A DNA stretch of 64,000 nucleotides from an uncultured Candidatus Saccharibacteria bacterium (GTDB lineage Bacteria; Patescibacteriota; WWE3; UBA101185; UBA10185): positions 4,379-68,378 of the forward strand of contig CAZTQT010000003.1 of the NCBI GenBank assembly GCA_964615625.1. Direction: 5' to 3'. Made by a program: the position numbers and the translations under genes. Below are positions 46,872 to 56,360 of the stretch, in pieces; the stretch's first letter is position 1, and every line of letters begins with the position of its first letter. Under the pieces are notes generated by a model, which did no database searches, was not told the DNA's origin, and worked only from the letters and a program-made list of their open reading frames with translations.

Positions 46872-49016
46872 TTGGTTATTGAGATGTTATCTAAGTTCTT
46901 TAATTTAATAAAAAAGCATATATTTTTGGTAGTTTTAATAGCTTTTTCGGCTATTAATTTTTTTGTAGCTTATAAGCTTAATATTTTCAGATATAACAAC
47001 TTTGATTTTGGAAAATTTGATCTTGGAAACATGGTTCAGATGATTTGGTATACCCTGAATGGTAAATTCATGTATTTGACTGATTATTTTGGTTCAAATG
47101 TTCCAAGATGGTCTATGAGCCATGTAGATCCCCTGCTTGTGTTGTTTGCCCCAGCTTTTGCAATATACCCACATCCTTTAACAATAGTCATAGTAGAGGT
47201 TTTTCTCGTTATTTTTTCTTCTATTATTGTTTATAAAATTGCCCAAATGGAATTAAAATCAGATCTAGCCGCCTGCTTACTTGGATGTGCCTATCTTCTT
47301 TACCCATCCATGGGTTTTATAAACGGTACAATGGGGTTTCATGCTGTTACTGCAGCCATACCATTTTTCCTTGGAGCTTTTTATTTATTTGAAAAAATGT
47401 ACAAGGAAAATAAATTCACTACAAAAAAATTGATCATATTTTGGATACTTGTGGTTTTAACAATGGCTGGAAAAGAACAAATCCCACTATATATTTTCAT
47501 GTGGGGGATTTTTATTTTGTTCTTTAGAACACCTGAAGCTGGGGGTTTTAAATTAAATTTAGATTGGTTTAAGAACTTTTTTAAACTTAAAACTGCAAGA
47601 ATAGGTATAAGTATGGCTATCGTAGGATTACTGTGGTTTGTAACGGCCTTTTTTGTAATAATTCCAAAAAATTCTCACTATAGGGTTGATAGTTACAACA
47701 GATTTTTGGAGTCAATTGGAGTAAGTATAGATGCCTCAAGTGATGTAACCATGGAAAATTACTTTTTAAGTAGATACAGTGCTTTTGGTGAGTCTTACTC
47801 AGAGGTCATAAAAAATATGATTGTAAATAATAAGGAGATAATTAGAGTATTTTTTAGTGGAGATAGACTTGATAGTTTAGATAGAACTTTAAGACCTGTT
47901 GCTTACATGCCTTTTGTTAATCCTGCAATGTTTTTAATATCTGCTCCCGACTTTTTAATAAATTATTTGGTTACAGAAGGTGGTTTGGGAGTTGAAGATA
48001 TAGAAAATCATAGAATCTCCATGATAATACCGGTTCTTATTGTATCTACAATATACGGTATAAGTATGTTGGTAGGTATAGCAGAAAGCATTTTTGAAAA
48101 AATAAAGAAACATAGAAATTTGGTTATATCAATACTTTCAGCAATTGTTTTGTTTTTTAGCTTTGAAACTACAGTTAAATACAACAATCCTATGTATCTT
48201 TGGTTTACCCAAGCTGTAAAAAGAAGAGTTTCCGCCGATGAGAGGAAAGATATTGTTAAAAATATAAAAGTTGGGGATGTGGTTAAACTTCCAGACTTAG
48301 ATCTTAAAGACATAAAATGTGCCAACGCTATAATTGATAAGATACCTGAGAATGCTTCTATTTCAGGCCCGGACAATCTTGGTGACCACTTAAGTATGAG
48401 AGAAACTTATGCAATTTTTCCCGCTTTATGGAATGAGGCCGATTACGTAATAGTAGATGTTCAATCAAGAAAATTACTGTCTATACTTGGATTAAATAGA
48501 AACATAATAAGAGATTTAACTCAAAGTTTAATCTCCACAGAAAGATACAACCTTATTATGGCTTGTGGGAACTTATATCTTTTTGAAAAAGGGGAGCCAC
48601 AAGAAAAGGTTAAGCTCCTTCCTATTCAAGAACGTTACTCATATAAGGAAAAATATGATTTTAACATTCTTGATCTTTTGGGAGTTGTTGATTTTGAAAT
48701 GCCTGAGAATGTTGAAAGAGAGAAAGTTTATGATGGTAGTGTAGTTTATAAGAAACTAACCAACAATGGTATGGATGGGTATCTTATTTACATGACTTTT
48801 ATGAATAAAAAAGATGGGCAAATATTTCAAGTAGCACATTTACCATCTTTTGCTGTTTTAGAACCATCTGATTGGTCAAAAGATATGTATTATGTTGAAT
48901 CAATTGATATAGCTTTACCGTCGTATGTTGATCCTGGGGATTATAGTTTGTTTTTGAGCTTGTCTAATAAAATAAAAATGAGAAGTATGTATTTAGGTGA
49001 TGTTGTCGTAAAATAG
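46872..49016 (+). CDS. Large polytopic membrane protein with a big extracytoplasmic C-terminal domain (possibly DUF2079/GT-C-like)
   Basis: 714 aa. About 10 or more TM helices at the N-terminus, then a roughly 250-aa soluble C-terminus. Confidence 0.45.
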   Translation: MVIEMLSKFFNLIKKHIFLVVLIAFSAINFFVAYKLNIFRYNNFDFGKFDLGNMVQMIWYTLNGKFMYLTDYFGSNVPRWSMSHVDPLLVLFAPAFAIYPHPLTIVIVEVFLVIFSSIIVYKIAQMELKSDLAACLLGCAYLLYPSMGFINGTMGFHAVTAAIPFFLGAFYLFEKMYKENKFTTKKLIIFWILVVLTMAGKEQIPLYIFMWGIFILFFRTPEAGGFKLNLDWFKNFFKLKTARIGISMAIVGLLWFVTAFFVIIPKNSHYRVDSYNRFLESIGVSIDASSDVTMENYFLSRYSAFGESYSEVIKNMIVNNKEIIRVFFSGDRLDSLDRTLRPVAYMPFVNPAMFLISAPDFLINYLVTEGGLGVEDIENHRISMIIPVLIVSTIYGISMLVGIAESIFEKIKKHRNLVISILSAIVLFFSFETTVKYNNPMYLWFTQAVKRRVSADERKDIVKNIKVGDVVKLPDLDLKDIKCANAIIDKIPENASISGPDNLGDHLSMRETYAIFPALWNEADYVIVDVQSRKLLSILGLNRNIIRDLTQSLISTERYNLIMACGNLYLFEKGEPQEKVKLLPIQERYSYKEKYDFNILDLLGVVDFEMPENVEREKVYDGSVVYKKLTNNGMDGYLIYMTFMNKKDGQIFQVAHLPSFAVLEPSDWSKDMYYVESIDIALPSYVDPGDYSLFLSLSNKIKMRSMYLGDVVVK

Positions 49017-49024
49017 CTTTTAAT

Positions 49025-50515
49025 ATGAAAGATCTTGGAAAATGGCAATTTATTAGCATGATTTCTCAAGGAATCGCAATGGTTCTTGGGATGGTTGGTA
49101 CGTTTGTAATTATTAGGATTTTAACAGTTGGGGAATGGGGAGTCGTTCAGCTTGCAATGTCTATTGGGGGTACTCTTGGTATATATCAACATTTAGGTTT
49201 AGTCTCAGCAAGTACAAGAGAAATATCTTCTGCAAAAAATGATAAGGATATATTTAAAATATTTGTTACATCGGCAGTAGTAAGGTATTGCGTGACCTTG
49301 CCCATAGCTTTGGGCTTGTTTTTCTTATCAAAACATATAGCCATAAATCTTTATCACAATGAAGATCTTGTTACTCCTCTAAGATTGTATTCAACAGCGT
49401 TATTATTCCAGGGTATTCAAGGAATTTTAAATTCAGTTATATCTGGGACAAAGAGATTTAAGCATTTATTTTTGTATCAAATAATTATTTCGGTGGTAAA
49501 TATACTTATATTTATTCCATTTGTTTACATTTTTAAGATAAATGGTTATTTCTACGGATTTTTGGTTTTTAATATAATTTCATCAATTGCCTTATCAATA
49601 ATTGCTTTTAAACCATTAAAAGGTAAGTTGATAATGCCTAGTAAAAAAGATTTTGTAAGGCTTTTTAAAGAGATATTTTCAATAAGTATAGCTATTTATC
49701 TAGTTAAAATTTTGTACACAAACTGGCAGAAATTTGGAAACAATGTTCTTGGATTGTATAACTCTACTGAAGTTGTAGCTATATTTGCTTTTGCACTTCT
49801 ATATGCTGAAAAAATAATGATGGTATCTGACTCTGTTACAACAGTTAATATCCCTATGTTTTCAGAAAGGTACGTCAATGATTTTAAAGAATTTAAGACA
49901 TCATTTGAAAAGAACTTCAATAAACTTTTTTCATTTATTATTTTTACAGGCACATTTGCTGCTTATTTTGCACCTTTTTTAATTAACATACTAGTAGGTG
50001 GGAAAAAATATGACGAAGCCTTGGTTTTAGTCGCCCCCGTTATAACGGCTTTTGTAATATACTCTTTCATTAACATAATAACTTCTAGTGTAATGATCCC
50101 GGCGAAGTTGGCAAAAAGTATGATTGGAAGTTATATCTTTTTGTTAGTTGGAACAGTACTTTCATTTTTCATTCTAAGAGGTTTTATAAATCCTCTACCT
50201 TCTGTTTCTTGGTCAATGGTTATAGGTAGCATTTTAGGTTTATTCTTTGTCCTTTACTGGGTTAGAAAACGATTAGGTTTTTCATTTTTTAATATAGATC
50301 ATGTTGTAATAATAGTTCAGGGTTTTGCTATATCTATGTTGTGTGGTGTAACCATACCTTTTTTAACTAAATTATTTTTAGCAATACCGTTGTTTGGTCT
50401 TTTAATTTGGGGATTTTTTGAATCTAAGTTTATAGATAAGAACGATATTAAAAATACATTTGGAAAGTTTTCTGCAATTTTTAAAAAGGAAAGTGTTGCT
50501 AAAAGTGGAAAATAA
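49025..50515 (+). CDS. Wzx-like oligosaccharide flippase (MOP superfamily)
   Basis: 496 aa with about 12-14 TM helices; N-terminal ISQGIAMVLGMVGTFVIIRILTVGEWGVVQLAMS is typical of Polysacc_synt. Confidence 0.65.
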   Translation: MKDLGKWQFISMISQGIAMVLGMVGTFVIIRILTVGEWGVVQLAMSIGGTLGIYQHLGLVSASTREISSAKNDKDIFKIFVTSAVVRYCVTLPIALGLFFLSKHIAINLYHNEDLVTPLRLYSTALLFQGIQGILNSVISGTKRFKHLFLYQIIISVVNILIFIPFVYIFKINGYFYGFLVFNIISSIALSIIAFKPLKGKLIMPSKKDFVRLFKEIFSISIAIYLVKILYTNWQKFGNNVLGLYNSTEVVAIFAFALLYAEKIMMVSDSVTTVNIPMFSERYVNDFKEFKTSFEKNFNKLFSFIIFTGTFAAYFAPFLINILVGGKKYDEALVLVAPVITAFVIYSFINIITSSVMIPAKLAKSMIGSYIFLLVGTVLSFFILRGFINPLPSVSWSMVIGSILGLFFVLYWVRKRLGFSFFNIDHVVIIVQGFAISMLCGVTIPFLTKLFLAIPLFGLLIWGFFESKFIDKNDIKNTFGKFSAIFKKESVAKSGK

Positions 50516-51416
50516 AGAAGAAAAAAAATCTATAAAAATATTAAAAACTGTTATCAAGATATTAATAAGTTCAGTTCTTATATTTTATTTATTCTCACGT
50601 AAAATAGACAAAGGTGAGTTGGTTGAGAATTTTAAGCTCTTAGACTGGAGATATGTCCCTCTTGTTTTTGCCACTATCATAATACATTACGCTATCAGTT
50701 CTTTTAGATGGAAATCACTTTTAATTCATGAAAAATCTAATGAAGTATCACGATGGTATCTTCTCAAGCTTTATTTCATGGGAGCATTTTTTAATAACTT
50801 TATGCCTACCAGTATAGGTGGTGATGTTTTTAAAATGTATAAATTGGGTAAGAAAATTAAAGACCCTGCCACAGGATTCACGTCTGTTTTTACAGAAAGA
50901 TTTACTGGTATTGTAATGTTATTTTTAATAGGACTTTTAAGTATTGGTAAAAATTTAGGTTGGGGAGTGATTATACTTTTAATTTGGTTTATTGTAGCAA
51001 TGTATATTGGTATGTTTGTTCTAAAAGTATTGGGCGGGAAGATAAAATTCTTCGGAGACATTTACAATTCTTTAATGGTATATAAGAATCATTTAAAAGT
51101 TCTTTGGTTTGCAATGTTTACGTCTTTTTTAATTCAACTTTTAGCTATATCTACCCAATATCTTTTGTTTGTAGCAGTAGGTATAAAACTACCATTATTT
51201 TATAGTTTAATGGCTTTTCCAATAATTACACTTGTAGGGTTTTTTGTTCCATCAATAAACGGTTTGGGAGTTCAAGACACTTTATATGCCAGTATGTTTT
51301 CTTTGGTCGGAGTATCTACGAGCACTGCTATATCAGTTTCAGTCATGTACCACATGGTAAGAATGGGTGTAAGTTTAATCGGAGGTGTAATGTATGCCCT
51401 CGATAGGGATTCTTAA
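50460..51416 (+). CDS. LPG-synthase-TM-like (UPF0104, flippase-like) membrane protein
   Basis: LLDWRYVPLVFATIIIHYAISSFRWKSLL...FFNNFMPTSIGGDVFKMYKL. The true start is probably the in-frame GTG at 50505 or TTG at 50496, overlapping the flippase stop. Confidence 0.55.
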   Translation: MESFLQFLKRKVLLKVENKEEKKSIKILKTVIKILISSVLIFYLFSRKIDKGELVENFKLLDWRYVPLVFATIIIHYAISSFRWKSLLIHEKSNEVSRWYLLKLYFMGAFFNNFMPTSIGGDVFKMYKLGKKIKDPATGFTSVFTERFTGIVMLFLIGLLSIGKNLGWGVIILLIWFIVAMYIGMFVLKVLGGKIKFFGDIYNSLMVYKNHLKVLWFAMFTSFLIQLLAISTQYLLFVAVGIKLPLFYSLMAFPIITLVGFFVPSINGLGVQDTLYASMFSLVGVSTSTAISVSVMYHMVRMGVSLIGGVMYALDRDS

Positions 51417-52980
51417 AGAACTAAAAGATAAAAAAGTTTTCCGTTTTGCCCTTTTGTTTTTATTCTTGGTTTTGTTTGCTATTACACGTTTACCTAGACT
51501 AAAAGATGATGTTGTAAATCCAGATGGAACAAACTGGCATTATAGATCAGAGCAATTTATATCTGGAATAAAGCACGGACAGTTTGAAAAAACATACCAG
51601 CATTATCATCCAGGAACAACTTTAATGTGGATTTCTGGAGTTGGGGTAGAAGTATATAAACAAGTTACAGGAATTACATCTTATAATTCTGAAAATTTTT
51701 TAACGTTTGATTTAGTTGCAAAAATTTCGGTTATTTTTGTTCAATTTATATTGTCTGTTTTTCTAATATTTCTGTTTTCAAAGTTAGTAGGGTTTTATAA
51801 ATCTTTTTTAACTGTTTCAATTTTTACTTTTGAGCCTTGGTTTTTGGCTAATTCAAGACTTTACCACTTGGATGTTCTTCTTACACTGCTAATTTTTATT
51901 AGCATTATTTTTGCTTATATAAATATGAAAGAGCCTTCAGTCAAGAACTCTTTACTGACTGGTCTTTTTATATCTTTATCATTTTTAACAAAAAGTGTTG
52001 CTCTAGGACTGTTAATATTTGTAATTTTTTGCACCTCATTTTGTTTGTTTAGAGCAGGTAAAAAAGAGAAGATATTTTCTTCTGTTGGTTATATTTTTCT
52101 ATCATTCACATTTTTCACATTTTTACTTTTACCGGCTTTGTGGGTAAATCCTAAGTATTGTCTATCTAATATGATAAGTGAGACTGGGAAGGCTGGAATA
52201 GAAAGAGGACATGACCAGATAATATTTGAAAAAGAAACTAATGACGGTGGAGCCCTTTTTTATCCTTTAGTAACGTTGTTAAAAGTTAGTCCATTTATGA
52301 TAATTGGTTCCTTGCTTGGATTTTATTATTTTATAAATAGAAAAATAAAAGATAAGAAATTTAGTAATTTTGGGATTTACCTCTTATTCTTTTTAATTGG
52401 GTATTTAGTTGGGATGACTATTCCCTCTAAAAAAATAGACAGATATATTTTGGTGCTTTTTCCATTTTTGGCTTACTCCTGTGTGGTTGGATATAAATTT
52501 TTATTTGAAAATTTAAAGAGCGAGAGCCAGAAAAATATTTTTAAGATTATTGTTCCGTCAATGTTAGCAGTGTTTTGGGTTATACCTTACTTTACACTGT
52601 TCCCATGGTATTTTGTTTACACAAATCCTTTATTTGGATCCCCATGTAATGCTAATAAAATAATAGGTCAAAAACCATTTGGTGTTGGAATTCCTGACTT
52701 AGAAAAATTGATTAAAGCTCGTTATGGTGATCCTAAACTTGGGTTTTATGATACCCAGCCTATAAAAGCTATTTATCCAAATTCTAAGGTATTTGATGTT
52801 AGAACTTATGGGCCAAGTAGTTATAACCTTTTGATTCTTGGTATAAATGAAGGTATACCCAAAAAAGTTTTGGATAATGAGAAGTATTCTTTTAGGAAGG
52901 ATTATTCTTTGTGGATAAATGGGTTAGAATATTGGAGAGTCTATGTTAGAGAGGATAAGGTAGTTGAATATGAAAAATGA
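51394..52980 (+). CDS. GT-C-like integral membrane glycosyltransferase, paralog A
   Basis: 528 aa, polytopic. Motifs WHYRSEQF...YHPGTTLMWISG, FEPWFLANSRLYHLD and KKIDRYIL are shared with the 54603 gene. Confidence 0.55.
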   Translation: MPSIGILKELKDKKVFRFALLFLFLVLFAITRLPRLKDDVVNPDGTNWHYRSEQFISGIKHGQFEKTYQHYHPGTTLMWISGVGVEVYKQVTGITSYNSENFLTFDLVAKISVIFVQFILSVFLIFLFSKLVGFYKSFLTVSIFTFEPWFLANSRLYHLDVLLTLLIFISIIFAYINMKEPSVKNSLLTGLFISLSFLTKSVALGLLIFVIFCTSFCLFRAGKKEKIFSSVGYIFLSFTFFTFLLLPALWVNPKYCLSNMISETGKAGIERGHDQIIFEKETNDGGALFYPLVTLLKVSPFMIIGSLLGFYYFINRKIKDKKFSNFGIYLLFFLIGYLVGMTIPSKKIDRYILVLFPFLAYSCVVGYKFLFENLKSESQKNIFKIIVPSMLAVFWVIPYFTLFPWYFVYTNPLFGSPCNANKIIGQKPFGVGIPDLEKLIKARYGDPKLGFYDTQPIKAIYPNSKVFDVRTYGPSSYNLLILGINEGIPKKVLDNEKYSFRKDYSLWINGLEYWRVYVREDKVVEYEK

Positions 52981-54601
52981 AAATAAAATGAAAAATGAAA
53001 AGAAAATTAAATTTAATTTGCTTCTATTTTTAATCATAGTTTTAGCTTTAATTTTAAGGTTGGTTGGGATACAGCACGGGTTTCCTTTCATTTACCATCC
53101 CGACGAGCCTACAATAATACGATCAGCTTTAGGTGTTAGGTTTAATCTAAACCCTGGGCATTTTGATTGGCCTCATTTGTATATTTATTTAAATTTTATT
53201 TTATATAAAGTTTTTGCTGCAGTTAGGGATCTTGCCGTAAGCGCGGGGTTGAAAGAAACTATTTCCTCATCCTTACCTTTAGTTTGGAATGACAATTTAA
53301 TTTTTTACTACCTAACAAGGTGTCTTTCTGCTATCTTTGGAGCTTTAACAGTTATTCCGTTATATTTAACAGGAAAAGAGTTATTTGGAAAAAAAGCTGG
53401 TATACTTTCCGCCTTAACTATGGCCATTTTACCTTACCATGTTTGGCACTCCCATTATTCCTTAGGGGATGTTCCAATGGTTTTTATGCTTGCTTGGGGT
53501 TTGTATTTTTCATCAAAGATAATAAAAAGCTCGGATACTAAAAATTACTTGTTAGCAGGTTTATTTGTAGGTTTATCTGCCTCTATGAAGTACAACGGAG
53601 GTTTATCTGCCTTAATGGTTCCTGTTGCTCATTTTATTAGGGTTCTTATATCCAAAAAAGACTCTGAGGTCTTTGTAAAATCAGAAATTTTAGATAAAAA
53701 GGGGTTTTTAAGCTTAGTGTTTTCTGGTGCGTTTGCTTTATTTGGTTTCTTAATTGGAACTCCCTATGCTTTGTTTGATTTCAAAACTTTTTCAAGAACA
53801 GATGGTCCTCAGGGAGCTTTTTGGCAGTTTACAAATGTTGGTTCTGTAAGGTTTATGGAACATGTTGGGAAGTTTTTTACAGAAAGTTTTGGAAGAATAC
53901 TTACCAACACTGGATATGTCGTTATGCCTGTGTACTTTATAGTTCTTGGTTATTTAATTTATAAAATAGTAAAAAAGAAAACAGAAGAAAGAGATTTTTA
54001 CTTACTATTTTTATACATTGTTTCACTATTTTTAATTTGGTATGAGTCTGGATTTAAAAATAATAGGTCTCATTATTACTTTATTTTCTACCCGTTTTTA
54101 GCCTTGATTTTCGGATTTTTTGTAAACTGCTTAAGGTATAAGTTTAGTTTAGGTTGGCCAAAAGAAAATTTTTCTAAATTATTTTCAAAAATTGTGGTTC
54201 CCATACTTTTTGCACCATTGTTAATCTCATCAATCTCAAGTTCCCGTGCTTTTGTGCAAAAAGATACCAGAAACATGCTTTATGATTGGCTTAAGAAAAA
54301 CTACGTTAGTAGAGATATTATTTTTTACACAGACAGAGACTTAAAACAAATATTTGATTTTGTTAATGCAAGATCCGTTAAAGGCTTAAGTAGGTATGAC
54401 AAATCAGGAGATTCTATAATTATACTTTCTAGTCAGTCTACAGTTGAATTTAAAGGTGTTGATAGTGAGTTTGTAAAAAAGGAGATAAGATTCGATAGTA
54501 AAGGCAAGAGAGGTCCTGATATTGAAGTTTATTTTTATGACGGTCCTGATGATGTTGTGAAAAAAGAAAATAGTGGTGGAGGTTGTGGTTGTGGGAGATA
54601 A
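52964..54601 (+). CDS. GT39/ArnT/PMT-like GT-C membrane glycosyltransferase
   Basis: 545 aa. HGFPFIYHPDEPTII loop motif and about 11 TM helices. Gly/Cys-rich C-terminus (SGGGCGCGR). Confidence 0.55.
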   Translation: MNMKNENKMKNEKKIKFNLLLFLIIVLALILRLVGIQHGFPFIYHPDEPTIIRSALGVRFNLNPGHFDWPHLYIYLNFILYKVFAAVRDLAVSAGLKETISSSLPLVWNDNLIFYYLTRCLSAIFGALTVIPLYLTGKELFGKKAGILSALTMAILPYHVWHSHYSLGDVPMVFMLAWGLYFSSKIIKSSDTKNYLLAGLFVGLSASMKYNGGLSALMVPVAHFIRVLISKKDSEVFVKSEILDKKGFLSLVFSGAFALFGFLIGTPYALFDFKTFSRTDGPQGAFWQFTNVGSVRFMEHVGKFFTESFGRILTNTGYVVMPVYFIVLGYLIYKIVKKKTEERDFYLLFLYIVSLFLIWYESGFKNNRSHYYFIFYPFLALIFGFFVNCLRYKFSLGWPKENFSKLFSKIVVPILFAPLLISSISSSRAFVQKDTRNMLYDWLKKNYVSRDIIFYTDRDLKQIFDFVNARSVKGLSRYDKSGDSIIILSSQSTVEFKGVDSEFVKKEIRFDSKGKRGPDIEVYFYDGPDDVVKKENSGGGCGCGR

Positions 54602-54602
54602 C

Positions 54603-56360
54603 ATGGTGAAAAAACAGGTTAATGCAACAAAAGAAAAGAAGGGATCTAAAAATAACAAAAAAGTATGTTTCATAAAAAGGTTTTTGTACGAAATATTGGT
54701 TTTTGTGTTTTTTGTATTGATACACATTCCCAGCTTGGGTAATGATAACTTCAACACTGATGTTTGGAAGTGGAAGGCCAGATCCCAAGGGTTTGGTAAT
54801 GGTGTAACAAGTTTAAAGTTTAAAGATACTCTACAAACATACCACCCAGGAGTAATTTTAATGTGGGCGGGAAGTGTAGGGTCAAAAATTAATAATTTTG
54901 TGGCTACTTCCAAAGGAATGTCCTTGTTAATAGATGATGATGTAGACATTGTTTTTCAGTTAGATTTTATCCAGAAATTGGTTGTAGTTATCATAGCTGG
55001 AATTTCCATCTCATTTATATTCTATATTCTTAAAAAATTATTTTCTGTTAAGCACGCATTAATTTCTGTTGTTTTACTTTCTCTTGAACCTTTTTATCTT
55101 GGTCTAACAAGAGTTTTTCACCTAGAAGGTTTAGTTTCTACCTTTATGTTGGCTAGTGTTTTATGGCTGTATTACTTTTTCCAAGATAGTAATAAAAAAC
55201 CAAGATTAGTATTATCTGCAATTTTTGCTGGTTTTGCTGTTTTAACAAAAACATCTGCATTATTTTTAGTTCTTTTCTGTGGTTTGACCGTGTTAATTTA
55301 CATTTTCCTTAACGGGAAATACTGTTTTAAAAATAGATCAGGGGCAAAAAATTTGTGGAAAAACTTAGGTGATTTTTTAAAGGCATTTGGAAAGATATTT
55401 TTGCCGTGGTTTGGTGTTTTAATTATGGTATTTTTTATTCTTTGGCCAGCAATGTGGGTAATTCCTGGGCAAGCATTATCAAGTTTATTTACAGGAATAA
55501 GTGATGTAGGTGTAGAAGGAGATCATATTCAGTTTTATTTTGGAAAACTGGTTGAAGATCCGGGTTTTAGTTTTTATTTTGTAGTTTTAGCTCTAAGATC
55601 TTCTGCGTACCTTTTAATTGGGTTTATAGGATCTTTCATAATTAGGAAAAAATTACCAGAAAATATTAGAAACTTTGTTAATTTTCTTTTAATTTTTGTA
55701 TTTTTTTACTTTATACAGCTCATTATTCCAACAAAAAAGCTAGATAGATACATATTGCCTACGTTAGTGGTCATATCCTTAATTTCATCTACATTTTATG
55801 TTTGGGTTTTTGAAAAATTAAGTTCTAGGAAAACATGGGAAAAAGTACTATCTTTTGTAATTTTTATTTTTCCTGCTATTTACATTTGTGTCTTAGTCCA
55901 TCCAGATTATTTATCTTACTTCAACCCCATGTTTGGTGGTTTAAAAACAGGCATGAAGATTATAGAACCTAAGTGGATTGTAGGTGAAAGGGAGATAACC
56001 AATTATTTTGATGCATTAGCTAAAAAAGAAGGTGATGTGTTTTCTACAGATACATCGTTTAAGGACATTGTATATAAACAGTTTGGTGTAAGGTTAAAAA
56101 CTACAATGACAGTAGGTTTTCAAGAAAAATATTACACTCAAATATGGCCATTTTTTAGGCAAAAAGGAAACTGGGCTGTGGTAGAAAATTTAACTCCCTA
56201 TGCTACCAAAACTAAGTATTTTATATATCCTGTGTGGGATGATGTATCCGGAAATGAAACAAGGGTGCCTTTAAGATATTTTGACACAATATTTGTTAGA
56301 GGTGTCCCAATGTACAATGTTTACAAAAACGAGGGGGAAGGTGTCCATAATAAAAAGTAA
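54603..56360 (+). CDS. GT-C-like integral membrane glycosyltransferase, paralog B
   Basis: 586 aa from the ATG at 54603. WKWKARSQGF...YHPGVILMWAGS, LEPFYLGLTRVFHLE and KKLDRYIL are clear paralogy with the 51394 gene. Confidence 0.55.
   Translation: MVKKQVNATKEKKGSKNNKKVCFIKRFLYEILVFVFFVLIHIPSLGNDNFNTDVWKWKARSQGFGNGVTSLKFKDTLQTYHPGVILMWAGSVGSKINNFVATSKGMSLLIDDDVDIVFQLDFIQKLVVVIIAGISISFIFYILKKLFSVKHALISVVLLSLEPFYLGLTRVFHLEGLVSTFMLASVLWLYYFFQDSNKKPRLVLSAIFAGFAVLTKTSALFLVLFCGLTVLIYIFLNGKYCFKNRSGAKNLWKNLGDFLKAFGKIFLPWFGVLIMVFFILWPAMWVIPGQALSSLFTGISDVGVEGDHIQFYFGKLVEDPGFSFYFVVLALRSSAYLLIGFIGSFIIRKKLPENIRNFVNFLLIFVFFYFIQLIIPTKKLDRYILPTLVVISLISSTFYVWVFEKLSSRKTWEKVLSFVIFIFPAIYICVLVHPDYLSYFNPMFGGLKTGMKIIEPKWIVGEREITNYFDALAKKEGDVFSTDTSFKDIVYKQFGVRLKTTMTVGFQEKYYTQIWPFFRQKGNWAVVENLTPYATKTKYFIYPVWDDVSGNETRVPLRYFDTIFVRGVPMYNVYKNEGEGVHNKK

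Noticed and set aside
50460-50515. 56-nt overlap between the flippase gene and the LPG-synthase-TM-like gene, considered as a possible frameshift/pseudogene
   Set aside because: An in-frame GTG (50505) or TTG (50496) start gives a normal short overlap; no evidence of disruption.
54573-54602. 10-codon N-terminal extension of the GT-C paralog B ORF
   Set aside because: It overlaps the upstream gene. An ATG immediately after the upstream stop (54603) gives a cleaner junction.
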